A DNA stretch of 58,766 nucleotides from Lachnospiraceae bacterium (GCA_963657465.1 CAVKNU010000001.1:1-58766), one strand, 5' to 3'; counted from the first letter of the stretch, positions 8,715-19,685 are shown. Numbers and translations are program-made. The notes: generated from the letters alone by a model not told the origin.

Positions 8715-11270
8715 ATGAAAAAATACATCCTGATACTGCTACTCATCGTTGCTGCTTCGGCAACAGCTTTGGCGCAGACATCCCACATGACTGACGACCA
8801 AGTGATGCAATTCGTGGTGAAAGAACACGAAAAAGGCACCGCTAATGCCCAAATTGTCACCAAACTGATGCAACAAGGTGTAGATATTTCACAAATCAGA
8901 CGTGTACGCAACAAGTACGAACGCCAGATGAAACAAGGTGGAGTCACCCTATCGAGCGCACAAGTGGCAGGAAAAGAAGCTACTCGCTTGCGCACCAACA
9001 ATGGATTGTCCAACCTACGCATGAAGCCTCAACGTGACGAAACTTACAAACACACCTACGACGACAACGATGAGGAATACAAGGACTTCGAGGATGAGCT
9101 GTATGGCATCATCCCCGACACCACGGCTATGATAAAGAAACTACTCAAAGAGCGAGAAGAAGTGAAGAAAAAGGTGTTTGGACGTGACATCTTCAACAAC
9201 AACGAGCTCAGTTTCGAGCCAAACATGAACATCGCCACTCCACAGAATTACCGTTTGGGCCCAGGCGATGCAGTCATCATCGACATCTATGGCGCTTCGC
9301 AACGCACGATAGAAGCCACCGTGTCGCCTGATGGAGAAATCACCATCGAAGGTTTCGGCCCCGTACAGGTGAGTGGACTCACCGTGGCACAAGCCAATGC
9401 TCGCTTGCGCAGCACGCTGGGAAGCAGATACAGCAGTAGTCGCGTGAAACTGACCGTGGGACAAACCAAGACCATCCTGGTGAACGTGATGGGCGAAGTA
9501 AAGACACCAGGCACTTACACCCTGTCGGCCTTTGCCACCGTATTCCATGCCCTCTACATGGCAGGCGGCACCAACGACCTAGGTACCCTACGCAACATCA
9601 AGGTGTATCGCAACAACCGACTCGTGAGCGTGGTGGATATTTACGATTACATTCTCAATGGCAAGTTGACGGGCAATGTGCGCTTGGCTGACAACGACGT
9701 CATCGTGGTAGGTCCTTACGACTGCCTCGTCAGCATCACCGGAAAGGTAAAGCGTCCTATGTTTTATGAGATGAAAAAGAACGAGAGCCTCAACTCGCTG
9801 CTCAAATATGCGGGCGGATTTACGGGCGATGCTTACCAAAAAGCCGTACGCGTAAAACGCAAGACGGGTCGTGAGTACTCAGCCTACAATGTAGAGGAAT
9901 TCGACTTCTCTAGCTTCCGCATTGCCGATGGCGACTCTGTGAGCGTGGATTCCATCTTGCCTCGCTACGCCAACACCGTGGAAGTGAAAGGTGCCGTGTT
10001 CCGTCCAGGAATGTACAACCTAGGAGAACAAGTAAACAGCGTCCGAACACTCGTGGAGCATGCCGAAGGATTGACCGAGCAAGCCTTTACTGCCCGCGCC
10101 GTCATGCACCGCATGAAAGCCGACCGCACCCTCGAAGTGCTAAGCGTGGACATTGATGGCATCATGAATGGCAGAGTGGCAGACATTCCGCTGCGAGAAA
10201 ACGACGTACTCTTCATCCCGACCAAACAAGAGATGATGACCGAGCGCACCCTCACGATTCGAGGCGAAGTGCAATTCCCTGGCATTTATAAATATGCAGA
10301 CAATGAGACCATCGAAGACTTCGTATTGCAAGCTGGTGGACTGACCGACAAGGCTTCGCTCATCAATGTGAATGTGAGCCGTCGTGTAAACGATGTGAAA
10401 GCCACACGTCCTGACAGTATCATCGCCCAAAGCTTCGTCCTCTCCCTGAAAGATGGTTTTGTAATAGATGGCACCCCTGGATTCAAACTCATGCCTTTCG
10501 ACGAAGTGAGTGTAAGAAAGAGTCCGGGATACAGTGAGCAACAGAATGTAAAGGTGGAAGGCGAAGTGATGTTTGGCGGTACTTATACCCTCACTAAGCG
10601 CAACTCTCGCCTAAGCGACCTTTTCCAAAAAGCAGGTGGCGGTACCGACCAAGCTTACATCAAAGGTGCCCGACTGATGCGCAAGGCAAACGAGGCAGAA
10701 AAAGCCCGTATGGAAGCCGTACTGAAGATGCAACGTGAACAGCAACAGAAAAATCTCCTACAGTTGGCAGCCAGCAGCAACAACGCCTCCGCCATCCAAC
10801 AGACTGCCGAAGGTGCCAAGAATGCTGACCTAGAGAAGTTTAATGTGCCAGAGGAGTATCCTGTGGGCATCGACTTGGCTGCAGCCATCAAGAACCCAGG
10901 CAGCGACGCCGACCTCATCCTGCGAGAAGGCGACCGTCTAGTAGTTCCACAATACAATGGTACTGTGAAAGTGAATGGCGCTGTCATGTATGCCAACACG
11001 GTAGCCTACGAGAAAGGCAAGCGCGTGTCTTACTACATCGACCAGTCGGGTGGCTTCGCTGCCGATGCGATGAAGAACCGTGCCTACATTATTTATATGA
11101 ATGGCAAGGTGGCCAAGGTTCGTCATGGAGCCAAGGTGCAACCAGGCTGCGAAATCGTCATCCCAGCCAAGATGAAGCGCAAGATGAGCGTGGCAGAGAC
11201 CATGAGCATGGGTTCCAGCCTCTCTAGCATTGCCGCCATGATTGCCACGATTGCGAATTTGAGTAAATAA
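8715..11270 (+). CDS. Polysaccharide export protein with multiple SLBB domains (KpsD/Wza-like)
   Basis: Signal peptide; Poly_export motif YRLGPGD; repeated V.GEV..PG.Y...AGG SLBB units. Confidence 0.9.
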   Translation: MKKYILILLLIVAASATALAQTSHMTDDQVMQFVVKEHEKGTANAQIVTKLMQQGVDISQIRRVRNKYERQMKQGGVTLSSAQVAGKEATRLRTNNGLSNLRMKPQRDETYKHTYDDNDEEYKDFEDELYGIIPDTTAMIKKLLKEREEVKKKVFGRDIFNNNELSFEPNMNIATPQNYRLGPGDAVIIDIYGASQRTIEATVSPDGEITIEGFGPVQVSGLTVAQANARLRSTLGSRYSSSRVKLTVGQTKTILVNVMGEVKTPGTYTLSAFATVFHALYMAGGTNDLGTLRNIKVYRNNRLVSVVDIYDYILNGKLTGNVRLADNDVIVVGPYDCLVSITGKVKRPMFYEMKKNESLNSLLKYAGGFTGDAYQKAVRVKRKTGREYSAYNVEEFDFSSFRIADGDSVSVDSILPRYANTVEVKGAVFRPGMYNLGEQVNSVRTLVEHAEGLTEQAFTARAVMHRMKADRTLEVLSVDIDGIMNGRVADIPLRENDVLFIPTKQEMMTERTLTIRGEVQFPGIYKYADNETIEDFVLQAGGLTDKASLINVNVSRRVNDVKATRPDSIIAQSFVLSLKDGFVIDGTPGFKLMPFDEVSVRKSPGYSEQQNVKVEGEVMFGGTYTLTKRNSRLSDLFQKAGGGTDQAYIKGARLMRKANEAEKARMEAVLKMQREQQQKNLLQLAASSNNASAIQQTAEGAKNADLEKFNVPEEYPVGIDLAAAIKNPGSDADLILREGDRLVVPQYNGTVKVNGAVMYANTVAYEKGKRVSYYIDQSGGFAADAMKNRAYIIYMNGKVAKVRHGAKVQPGCEIVIPAKMKRKMSVAETMSMGSSLSSIAAMIATIANLSK

Positions 11271-11282
11271 AAACAGAAAAAT

Positions 11283-12341
11283 ATGGTTTATAATACAGAA
11301 AAAACGATGGATATAAAAATGCTGTGCAAAAAAATAATGGCATACAAAAAAGTATTTGTCATCATTCTCCCTACAGTATTTGTTCTCTCATGTTTTCTAG
11401 TCATTAGTGTACCTAGATATTACACCACAGACACCTCATTAGCACCAGAAGTAGAATCTTCATCTGTAAATGGGAACCTTAGTTCGATAGCCTCATCGTT
11501 TGGCATTGACTTAAATGACATGCAAACTAACGATGCTATTACTCCATATCTTTATCCCGACTTGATGAACGACAATAGTTTTGTCGCCAATATGCTCAAG
11601 ATCAAAATAAAGACACAAGACATGACCCTCCATACTAATTACTATAAATACTTAACTCAGTATCAAGAGTATGCATGGTTTGAAAAGATGGGGATATGGA
11701 TAAAAAATATATTCCAAGATGAAAAAACACAGAATAACGACATTAAAAAGATTCTACAAAATCCCTACCAATTATCAAAAGCAGACAATAAAATTATTGA
11801 GCAAATACAAAAAGATATAAATATTTATGTAGATAAAAAAACTGGAGTTATTACTGTAAGCGCAACTGCACAGGATCCCTTGGTATGCAAGACTTTAGCC
11901 GATTCTGTTGCAACAAGACTACAATCTTTCATCATCAAATATCGCACAAGTAAGGCACAACAAGATGTAGAACATTACAAAAAGCTCATGACTGATGCAA
12001 GGAAATCATATGAAAAAACAAGAAGACAATATGCTAATTTCTCTGATGCCAATACAGATGTCGTGCTCGAAAGTGTCAGATCAAGACTAGATGATTTGGA
12101 AAATGACATGCAACTCAAATACAACCAATACACCGCCTACAATACTCAATACCAAGCAGCCATTGCCAAATTGAGAGAAAAGACCCCAGTATTCACTGTA
12201 TTAAAAGGTGCCAATGTGCCAATCAAACCATCAGGTCCTAAAAGAATGCTCATCGTAATTGGTTGCCTATTATTCACTTTCTTTGCTATCATAGCATGGA
12301 TTATTAGCAAAGATCTACTTTTAGAACTAAAAGATTATTAA
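11283..12341 (+). CDS. wzz: Chain-length determinant (Wzz-like polysaccharide co-polymerase)
   Basis: Two terminal TM helices, a central coiled coil, and the Pro-rich PIKPSGPKR motif before the C-terminal TM. Confidence 0.8.
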   Translation: MVYNTEKTMDIKMLCKKIMAYKKVFVIILPTVFVLSCFLVISVPRYYTTDTSLAPEVESSSVNGNLSSIASSFGIDLNDMQTNDAITPYLYPDLMNDNSFVANMLKIKIKTQDMTLHTNYYKYLTQYQEYAWFEKMGIWIKNIFQDEKTQNNDIKKILQNPYQLSKADNKIIEQIQKDINIYVDKKTGVITVSATAQDPLVCKTLADSVATRLQSFIIKYRTSKAQQDVEHYKKLMTDARKSYEKTRRQYANFSDANTDVVLESVRSRLDDLENDMQLKYNQYTAYNTQYQAAIAKLREKTPVFTVLKGANVPIKPSGPKRMLIVIGCLLFTFFAIIAWIISKDLLLELKDY

Positions 12342-12357
12342 AAAAAGAAGAAAAAAT

Positions 12358-13602
12358 ATGTTCGTAGGAATACTGTTATTATCGACACTATTACTAGAGG
12401 TGTTTGTCCTGACCTATCTGGAATACACCTCTTGGCGAACCATATACACACCTCTAACATGCTTGATGCTCCCCTATTTTTTCATTTTGCTCATCACTCT
12501 TATAGTTTCAGGTCACTGGCATCTCATCAGCTTCTATTACCCAAGCATCTTTGTTTGGAATGTGGGATTGGTATTATTTGCCATCCCTAGCTTGGTTTTG
12601 TCTTTAGCCATTAAAAAACATCCCACACTTTTTCACACCGAAATCAAGGAGTCACCCTATCCAAAGACAATAGGTTTTCTCTCTATCCTCATAGCCATAG
12701 CTTTCTTTGTGCGATTCATCTACATACTTCACAACACTACCGAAATATTTGGCACCGATGAGTTTGCAGAAACTTTTTGTGGACATGGTTTTTGGGCTCA
12801 TCTTCGCAGTTCCATTATCCCTCTACTCATCATATCCATCTACTATGTTAACAAAAAGCGTTGGTGGCTATGGAGCATTATTATTGCCTTGATTAGTATT
12901 CAATTTTTGTACATGGTGAAAGGAGCTATTATTATCTCTGTCGTATCAGGATTGCTCATCCGTCTATACGCAGATAAGATGCACCTAAGCATCAGTCTCT
13001 TAGCCAAAATATTCGCCGGAGCATTTGCCGTATTCATCATCACATATATTATATTGCCACTAGTTGGTAAAGAAGAAGGCATCACCAATATAGAATTATT
13101 TGAATTGGTGGCTGGTCATTTTTTGCATTACCTCACAAGTGGAACGCTTGGCTTTAGCTATGATCTACAACGAGGTTGTCCCGACCAAGGCAGCTTCAAC
13201 ATCATCATATCCCCATTTGTCAACCTTTATTATGTGATAACAGGCAGTAAAGAAGAACTCCTATCCCCAGTCAATCCCTATTATCATTTCACAGGTATCT
13301 CTTACACGAATGTCCGCACATTCTTTGGCACCCTGTACATCTATAGTCAAACTTGGCAGTTCACCCTCTACATATTGGTGGCAAGCACCCTTATGTATCT
13401 TACCAAATTAGCTGCACAATACACAGGAAACCTATTCCTGTACGCCATTCTTTGCTACCTTTGCGGGCTGATGGCCATGGGATGGTTTGAATTCTACCTT
13501 TTCCATCTAGCCACCATAGAAATCCCCGTAATAACTATTCTTCTCATGCTACTGGTCAAATGGGACAATAATCATAACTTACAACATCATGAACATACGT
13601 AG
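12358..13602 (+). CDS. Putative Wzy oligosaccharide-repeat polymerase
   Basis: About 10 hydrophobic segments plus a periplasmic loop with TNVRTFFG; lies between wzz and the flippase. Confidence 0.7.
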   Translation: MFVGILLLSTLLLEVFVLTYLEYTSWRTIYTPLTCLMLPYFFILLITLIVSGHWHLISFYYPSIFVWNVGLVLFAIPSLVLSLAIKKHPTLFHTEIKESPYPKTIGFLSILIAIAFFVRFIYILHNTTEIFGTDEFAETFCGHGFWAHLRSSIIPLLIISIYYVNKKRWWLWSIIIALISIQFLYMVKGAIIISVVSGLLIRLYADKMHLSISLLAKIFAGAFAVFIITYIILPLVGKEEGITNIELFELVAGHFLHYLTSGTLGFSYDLQRGCPDQGSFNIIISPFVNLYYVITGSKEELLSPVNPYYHFTGISYTNVRTFFGTLYIYSQTWQFTLYILVASTLMYLTKLAAQYTGNLFLYAILCYLCGLMAMGWFEFYLFHLATIEIPVITILLMLLVKWDNNHNLQHHEHT

Positions 13603-14983
13603 TAATCTCTTATATAGTGCCACACTCACATTCAGTACCTACCTAGTGCCTCTGCTGATATTTCCCTATATTAGCAGAGTCTTAGGAGTGGAACGCATAG
13701 GTACCATTGACACAGTGGACAGCATCATTGATTATTGCATACTCTTCTCCATGATGGGTATGTCAACTTTAGGCATCAGGGAAGTGGCTAAAAACAAAAA
13801 CAACTCACTTGTACTCAAGCAAACCTTTAGTAGTTTATTTTGGTTGAACGCCCTATCCACTATCATTGTCTTTATCCTATTAGCACTGGCTATATGGCTC
13901 TTGCCAAGCTTGCAAAACAACTACACTCTACTGGGCATCGGAGCCATCAAATTACTAGCCAACCTTTTTGGGATAGAATGGCTTTACAGAGGACTTGAAA
14001 ACTTTCGATACATAACACTACGCTCTATATTTGTCAGAGCCTTATTTGTCGTATCCGTATTCTTATTGGTAAGTGTTCCAAGCGACTATAAGCTCTATTA
14101 TGCCCTATTTGTGGGAGTGGTAGTACTCAATGCTCTTTGCAATTGGCAACATAAGCGTAAATGGGTAAATCTCCAATTCAAGCAACTCAACTGGCGTCCC
14201 TACGCCAAGCCTTTTCTTTTTCTAGGGTTGTTTGCCATGCTATCGGCTATATACACCAAGTTATCCATACCAGCCTTAAGCCTATTTTGCGGCAATGAAG
14301 AAGCTGGTTATTATTCAACCGCCACTCGTATGTATCAAGTAATCATTGCACTTATCTCCTCACTCATCAGTGTATTGGTGCCACGCATGAGTGTATTAAT
14401 TAGAGAAGGGAAGACCCAAAAAATGAAAAATCTCTATGAGATGGCTTTCCAAATACTATTTTTCCTTGCCATTCCCATTATCATCTACATAGAGATATTT
14501 GCACCCGACCTCATCGCACTCTTTGCAGGAAGCGGATTTGAAAAAGCCGTTCTACCCATGCGCATAGTCATTCTACAAGTGCTGGTGATAGGCACAGAAC
14601 AAATTCTGATATTACAACTTCTTATCCCACTCAAGCAAGACAAGGCTGTAGTTCTAGGTGGAATTTGTGGAGTGGCAACATGGATTGGATTAAGTTTAAT
14701 ACTTGTACCGACATGGAAATCACTAGGTACAGCCATAGTTTGGATTTTGTCAGAGATGATAGTACTATGCTGTGCAATGTTGAAGGTTCATCAACTTTTA
14801 AATTACACATTTCCATGGCGACAACTATTTAAAGCCATCTTATACGCTCTGCCATATGGTATCATAGGAACAAGTATTTATATACTAACGGAAAGTTCGC
14901 CATTACGCATCATCATCTCAACCATAACGTTTCTTTTATACGCACTTCTATTATGGAAAAAAACAATACAAAACAATTCATAG
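13589..14983 (+). CDS. wzx: Wzx-type oligosaccharide flippase
   Basis: PLLIFPYISRVLG, GIREVAK, EWLYRGLENFRYIT and VLVPRMS motifs; many TM helices. Confidence 0.9.
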   Translation: MNIRSNLLYSATLTFSTYLVPLLIFPYISRVLGVERIGTIDTVDSIIDYCILFSMMGMSTLGIREVAKNKNNSLVLKQTFSSLFWLNALSTIIVFILLALAIWLLPSLQNNYTLLGIGAIKLLANLFGIEWLYRGLENFRYITLRSIFVRALFVVSVFLLVSVPSDYKLYYALFVGVVVLNALCNWQHKRKWVNLQFKQLNWRPYAKPFLFLGLFAMLSAIYTKLSIPALSLFCGNEEAGYYSTATRMYQVIIALISSLISVLVPRMSVLIREGKTQKMKNLYEMAFQILFFLAIPIIIYIEIFAPDLIALFAGSGFEKAVLPMRIVILQVLVIGTEQILILQLLIPLKQDKAVVLGGICGVATWIGLSLILVPTWKSLGTAIVWILSEMIVLCCAMLKVHQLLNYTFPWRQLFKAILYALPYGIIGTSIYILTESSPLRIIISTITFLLYALLLWKKTIQNNS

Positions 14984-15837
14984 CTGGCATCGTGACCTAC
15001 AACCCAAACCTCATTAGGTTAAAAAGTAATATAGAGTCTGTCATTAGCAACGAGAGTATAGAGCGAATTATTCTAGTCGACAACCATTCAAAGAATATCC
15101 AAAATATTCGAGAACTTATCGGAAACTATTCGCAAATTCAACTTGTTTGCCAACCTGTCAATCTCGGCATAGCCAACGCCCTAAACCTTATTTGCAAAAA
15201 AGCGGTCAACTTGGGCTATCTATGGGTTGTCACCTTAGATCAAGACTCCCAACTTGCCCCCCAAGCCATTGATACATTCCAGCCATACACTCTCCAAGAT
15301 ACAATCGGTATCATCTGTCCACGCATCGAAGATCTCAATATGGGAACACTATATTCTACAGCCAAAAGCGGACATGAAGATATAAAGTTGTGCATCACAT
15401 CGGGCAATCTCGTCAACCTAAAAGCTTGGCAAGCAATCGGCGGATACACAGAAGAGCTCTTTATCGATGGAGTAGATTTTGACTTTTGCATCAAACTACG
15501 GAATGCAGGTTATCGCATCATCCGAATCTATGATACATATCTGCTACAAGAAATTGGATATGGGAAAAGAAGTAAAATTTGTGGGCATTGTGTCTCTATT
15601 ATGAATCATCCCCCACTCCGATTATATTACATTACCCGCAATTATCTCTATATCGGGAAGAAATATCACCAAATGAGATATTGGGCTACAGAAGTAGCCA
15701 AGCGAATTATTATCATCTTGGTATACGAAAAAAAACGCCGAGAAAAAATAAAATTCATCCTTCAGGGAGTCCATGACTTCCTATATCACAAGATGGGAAG
15801 CAAGACTAGTAAAAAACAAATGCAAACAACCCTTTAA
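14953..15837 (+). CDS. Glycosyltransferase family 2 (rhamnosyltransferase-like)
   Basis: IVTYNP, VDNHS, NLGIANALN, LDQDS, ITSG, LFIDGVDFDFC and RLYYITRN motifs. Confidence 0.88.
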   Translation: MEKNNTKQFIAGIVTYNPNLIRLKSNIESVISNESIERIILVDNHSKNIQNIRELIGNYSQIQLVCQPVNLGIANALNLICKKAVNLGYLWVVTLDQDSQLAPQAIDTFQPYTLQDTIGIICPRIEDLNMGTLYSTAKSGHEDIKLCITSGNLVNLKAWQAIGGYTEELFIDGVDFDFCIKLRNAGYRIIRIYDTYLLQEIGYGKRSKICGHCVSIMNHPPLRLYYITRNYLYIGKKYHQMRYWATEVAKRIIIILVYEKKRREKIKFILQGVHDFLYHKMGSKTSKKQMQTTL

Positions 15838-15848
15838 AATAAACAAAA

Positions 15849-16643
15849 ATGAAGAAATATATTGCCATCTACTGTGTAACGTTTTTTTCTTATGAAAAAT
15901 TGGACCTTTACCTCCGTTCTATCGACAATGCCATCAATAAAGAAATTGTGGAATTAACCGTCTTTGTGGCAGACAATACAACCCATAACCAAAAGCCAAT
16001 AACCTACATACCACAACACTATCAACTAGAAGTTGCCAAAATATACAAAAACTATGGATATTTCGCAGCCATCCATCTACTAATGCAAGAGCATTCTCCT
16101 TTCAACTATGAGTATGTCATCGTCAGCAATGTAGATGTACAAATAGAAGAAGGGTTCTTCCAATCGTTGTACGAGTTAAAATGCAAAAACAACATTGGAT
16201 GGATTGCCCCTAAAATCTATTCCACGCAGGAAAAACGAGACAAAAACCCACAAATACTCAAACGTTACTCTAAACAAAAATTGCAAACCTTAAGGTTTTT
16301 ATTCAAACATCCTTGGCTATACACACTCTATACACAAACACTATATAAAAGAAAAAAAATCTTTATATATACCAAAAGAAATATTTATGCAGGACATGGT
16401 TCTTTTATCATTCTCACACGCCAATATTTCCAAGCTTGTGGAATTATAAACTACCCAATATTCCTTTATGGAGAAGAACTGTATTTAGCAGAAAATTGCC
16501 GCATTCACAAACTAAATGTTGATTACAATCCTTCTTTAGTTATTTACGATTCAGAACATGTATCTACAGGTTCTCTAAAAAATGATGTGCACTGCAATTA
16601 TAATCACGAAGCTTTAACGTATATATTGAAACACTACTATTAA
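15849..16643 (+). CDS. Glycosyltransferase family 2
   Basis: VADN, NYGYF, SNVDV, HGSF and FLYGEE motifs. Confidence 0.8.
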   Translation: MKKYIAIYCVTFFSYEKLDLYLRSIDNAINKEIVELTVFVADNTTHNQKPITYIPQHYQLEVAKIYKNYGYFAAIHLLMQEHSPFNYEYVIVSNVDVQIEEGFFQSLYELKCKNNIGWIAPKIYSTQEKRDKNPQILKRYSKQKLQTLRFLFKHPWLYTLYTQTLYKRKKIFIYTKRNIYAGHGSFIILTRQYFQACGIINYPIFLYGEELYLAENCRIHKLNVDYNPSLVIYDSEHVSTGSLKNDVHCNYNHEALTYILKHYY

Positions 16644-16704
16644 TGTTCTCTGAAAGAAAGGACTTACATCAACTTAGGCATCGCGCACAAAATAAGCCTT
16701 AAGA

Positions 16705-16736
16705 TTTGGCACTTCCAGATAATCTTTGTATTTTTG
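16705..16736 (+). promoter_or_regulatory. Bacteroidota primary-sigma promoter for the third glycosyltransferase
   Basis: TTTG (16705-16708), 20-nt spacer, TATTTTTG (16729-16736). Confidence 0.65.
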
Positions 16737-16757
16737 CAACACAATAAGTAATAAATT

Positions 16758-17564
16758 ATGCAAGAAGAGTTAGTTTCTGTCATTATGCCTACCTATAATG
16801 CCGGCAATACACTTGCCGACAGCATTCGATGTATCCTTGCACAAACACATACGGCTTTGGAACTTCTCATCACCGATGATGCTTCCACCGACCAACTAAC
16901 CATACAGATTATCAGAGACTTTGCCAAAGCTGACAAACGAGTAAAGCCCTTTTTTCTCAGACAAAACCGAGGCACTGGCTACGTACGTAATGAAGCCATC
17001 AAACGAGCACAAGGAAGATACATCGCCTTCTGCGACAGTGATGACCGATGGACCATCGACAAACTAGAATGCCAACTCGCTTTCATGCAGGAGAAGAGAT
17101 GCGCCATCTGCTGCGCCACCTACATCATCTGCGACAGCCAATATCATGAAATAGGCATTAATATTCCACCTTCTGTCATCACCTACTCCATGTTGAAACG
17201 AGACAACAAAATCGGTTGTCTCACTGCTATTTACGACACTTACCTACTCGGACGCAAATTCTACATGCCTTCCATTCGCAAGCGTCAAGACTGGGCTTTT
17301 CTTCTGCAAATCATGAAGGAATGCCACACATGCCATGCCTATACCCAAAAGCCCCTCGCTTATTATTGCCAACGCAAGAATTCGATTTCGAGCGACAAAC
17401 TTTCGCTCATCCAATACAATTTGGCAGTATATCACAAAATCTTAGGCTATAATCTTGCCAAATCATACATCTATTTTTTTCTCCTTTTTTTGCCTACCTA
17501 CGCTCTCAAATTATGGAAGAGGAAAAGAGACAGCCGTCATTATCTTACTCACAAAAAACTATAA
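16758..17564 (+). CDS. Glycosyltransferase family 2 (TuaG-like)
   Basis: VSVIMPTYN, ITDDASTD, GRYIAFCDSDD and KRQDWA motifs. Confidence 0.9.
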   Translation: MQEELVSVIMPTYNAGNTLADSIRCILAQTHTALELLITDDASTDQLTIQIIRDFAKADKRVKPFFLRQNRGTGYVRNEAIKRAQGRYIAFCDSDDRWTIDKLECQLAFMQEKRCAICCATYIICDSQYHEIGINIPPSVITYSMLKRDNKIGCLTAIYDTYLLGRKFYMPSIRKRQDWAFLLQIMKECHTCHAYTQKPLAYYCQRKNSISSDKLSLIQYNLAVYHKILGYNLAKSYIYFFLLFLPTYALKLWKRKRDSRHYLTHKKL

Positions 17565-17746
17565 TATAATAAGGTGTGCGCCCACAATTCCACAAAATTC
17601 CCCACCTACCTTTCAACAAAAAGTGATTTTTTTCTACTTTTACAGTATTTTTTCTTTCTTTTTGTTTGCATTTTCAAAGTTTTTCTTTACCTTTACAACC
17701 GTAAAGAAGAAAACAAGAATTTAAACCCAATAAAAGATTAAAGATT

Positions 17747-19081
17747 ATGAAAGCATCAGAAGTAATCGCGAATCTCCAAAGAAGATTCCCTAATGAGCCT
17801 GAATACATCCAGGCTGTTAGTCAGGTACTCGGCACTATCGAGGAAGAGTACAACAAGCACCCTGAGTTTGAGAAAGCAAACCTCATCGAGCGTCTCTGCA
17901 TTCCTGACCGTGTTATCGAGTTCCGTGTATCATGGGTAGATGACAAGGGTAACGTTCAGACTAACATGGGTTACCGTATCCAGCACAACAACGTGATTGG
18001 CCCTTACAAGGGAGGTCTTCGTTTCCACAAGTCAGTGAACTTGGGTATCTTGAAGTTCTTGGCTTTCGAGCAGACATTCAAGAACTCTCTTACAACTCTC
18101 CCTATGGGTGGTGCCAAGGGTGGTTCTGATTTCTCACCACGTGGAAAGAGCAACGCCGAGGTTATGCGTTTCTGCCAGGCTTTCATGACTGAGCTTTATC
18201 GCCACATCGGTCCAGACGAGGATGTTCCTGCTGGTGACATCGGTGTGGGTGGTCGTGAGGTAGGTTACCTCTTCGGTATGTACAAGAAGTTGACTCACCA
18301 GTTCCAGGGCATCTTGACAGGTAAGGGTCAGGAGTTTGGTGGTTCTCTCATCCGTCCTGAGGCTACAGGTTACGGTAACGTTTACTTCCTCTGCAACATG
18401 CTTGCTACTAAGAACATCGACATCAAGGGCAAGACCGTATTGGTATCTGGTTCTGGTAACGTGGCTCAATACACCATGGAGAAATTGATTCAGCTCGGTG
18501 CTAAGCCAGTGACTTGCTCCGACTCTGATGGTTACATCTACGACCCAGACGGCATCGACCGTGAGAAGCTCGACTACATCATGGAGTTGAAGAATGTAGA
18601 GCGTGGCCGTATCAAGGAGTATGCTGAGAAATATGGCGTGAAGTATGTTGCTGGTGCTAAGCCTTGGTTTGAGAAGGCTGACATCGCCCTTCCGTCTGCT
18701 ACACAGAACGAAATCAACGAGGAAGCAGCCAAGGCTCTTGTTGCCAACGGCGTAATCGCTGTCAGCGAGGGTGCTAACATGCCTACAACACCAGAGGCTA
18801 TCAAGGTATTCCAGGATGCTAAGATTCTCTACTCTCCAGGTAAGGCTGCCAATGCTGGTGGTGTAGCTGTTTCTGGTCTTGAGATGAGTCAGAACTCTGA
18901 GCGCTTGAAGTGGAGCCGTGAGGAGGTAGACGCTAAGCTTCACGACATCATGAACGACATTCACGCTAATTGTGTGAAGTATGGTACTGAGGCTGACGGT
19001 TACGTTAACTACGTTAAGGGTGCCAACGTAGCTGGTTTCTTAAAGGTTGCCAAGGCTATGATGGCTCAGGGCATCGTATAA
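17747..19081 (+). CDS. gdhA: Glutamate dehydrogenase (NAD(P)-specific)
   Basis: GPYKGGLRFH, GGAKGG, DVPAGDIGVG, RPEATGYG and GSGNVA motifs; strong codon bias. Confidence 0.97.
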   Translation: MKASEVIANLQRRFPNEPEYIQAVSQVLGTIEEEYNKHPEFEKANLIERLCIPDRVIEFRVSWVDDKGNVQTNMGYRIQHNNVIGPYKGGLRFHKSVNLGILKFLAFEQTFKNSLTTLPMGGAKGGSDFSPRGKSNAEVMRFCQAFMTELYRHIGPDEDVPAGDIGVGGREVGYLFGMYKKLTHQFQGILTGKGQEFGGSLIRPEATGYGNVYFLCNMLATKNIDIKGKTVLVSGSGNVAQYTMEKLIQLGAKPVTCSDSDGYIYDPDGIDREKLDYIMELKNVERGRIKEYAEKYGVKYVAGAKPWFEKADIALPSATQNEINEEAAKALVANGVIAVSEGANMPTTPEAIKVFQDAKILYSPGKAANAGGVAVSGLEMSQNSERLKWSREEVDAKLHDIMNDIHANCVKYGTEADGYVNYVKGANVAGFLKVAKAMMAQGIV

Positions 19082-19103
19082 ATGAAATAATAAGGACATA
19101 GCT

Positions 19104-19157
19104 TAATATAATAAAAGGTGGCTCTCTATGATACGAGGACCACCTTTTATTATATTA
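19104..19157. terminator. Bidirectional terminator between gdhA and the convergent gene
   Basis: 18-bp inverted arms taatataataaaaggtgg / ccaccttttattatatta. Confidence 0.75.
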
Positions 19158-19227
19158 TGTTTTCAAAGAAAAAGCAATATAAAAGCTATTTAGTTTAAAG
19201 AATATACCATGATTGATGATGCGTCTA

Positions 19228-19644
19228 TCAAACTGGATTACTCTCAGGATTATCCTTGAACAAGTCGTCGGCACCCTTCAGTTCATCCTCGTCAAACCAC
19301 TTGGCAAGTTTGCCATAGGCTTTTTTCTTCACATCTTCCGACACATTCCCCCAAACTTTATGGAGTACATAAATGAGCACAGCCAAGTCGTCACTCAATC
19401 CCGCTATCGGAATGGCATCCGGAATCACATCAAGTGGACTAATCAAATAACCCAAGGCACCAATAATGATAGCCTTGTCCTTAATAGCCACCTTATCACT
19501 CTCTAATGTATAATAGAGAATAAGCGCAGCATACACCATCTTGGCACCCGCACGTTTGGCCACATGCGATATTTTATCAACAAATGCACTCTGAGTGAAT
19601 TTGTCCTTATACGACATAAAGTCTGGTAATTGAGGTACGTTCAT
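19228..19644 (-). CDS. YkvA/DUF1232 family membrane protein
   Basis: GALGYLISPLDVIPDAIPIAGLSDDL motif. Confidence 0.88.
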   Translation of the reverse strand: MNVPQLPDFMSYKDKFTQSAFVDKISHVAKRAGAKMVYAALILYYTLESDKVAIKDKAIIIGALGYLISPLDVIPDAIPIAGLSDDLAVLIYVLHKVWGNVSEDVKKKAYGKLAKWFDEDELKGADDLFKDNPESNPV

Positions 19645-19685
19645 ATCTTTACTTTTTAGTTACATAGCCTATTTTTCTCCTCCCA

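Noticed and set aside
15728..16359. A8 homopolymers in two glycosyltransferase genes as phase-variation tracts
   Set aside because: Short runs in AT-rich, Lys-coding DNA; both frames are intact, and there is no evidence without read data.
18134..18964. 276-aa ORF antisense to gdhA (likewise 25162-26250, 39706-40575, 7326-8132 and 5329-6114)
   Set aside because: Long open antisense frames are expected from the codon bias of the real genes; no family motifs or promoters seen.
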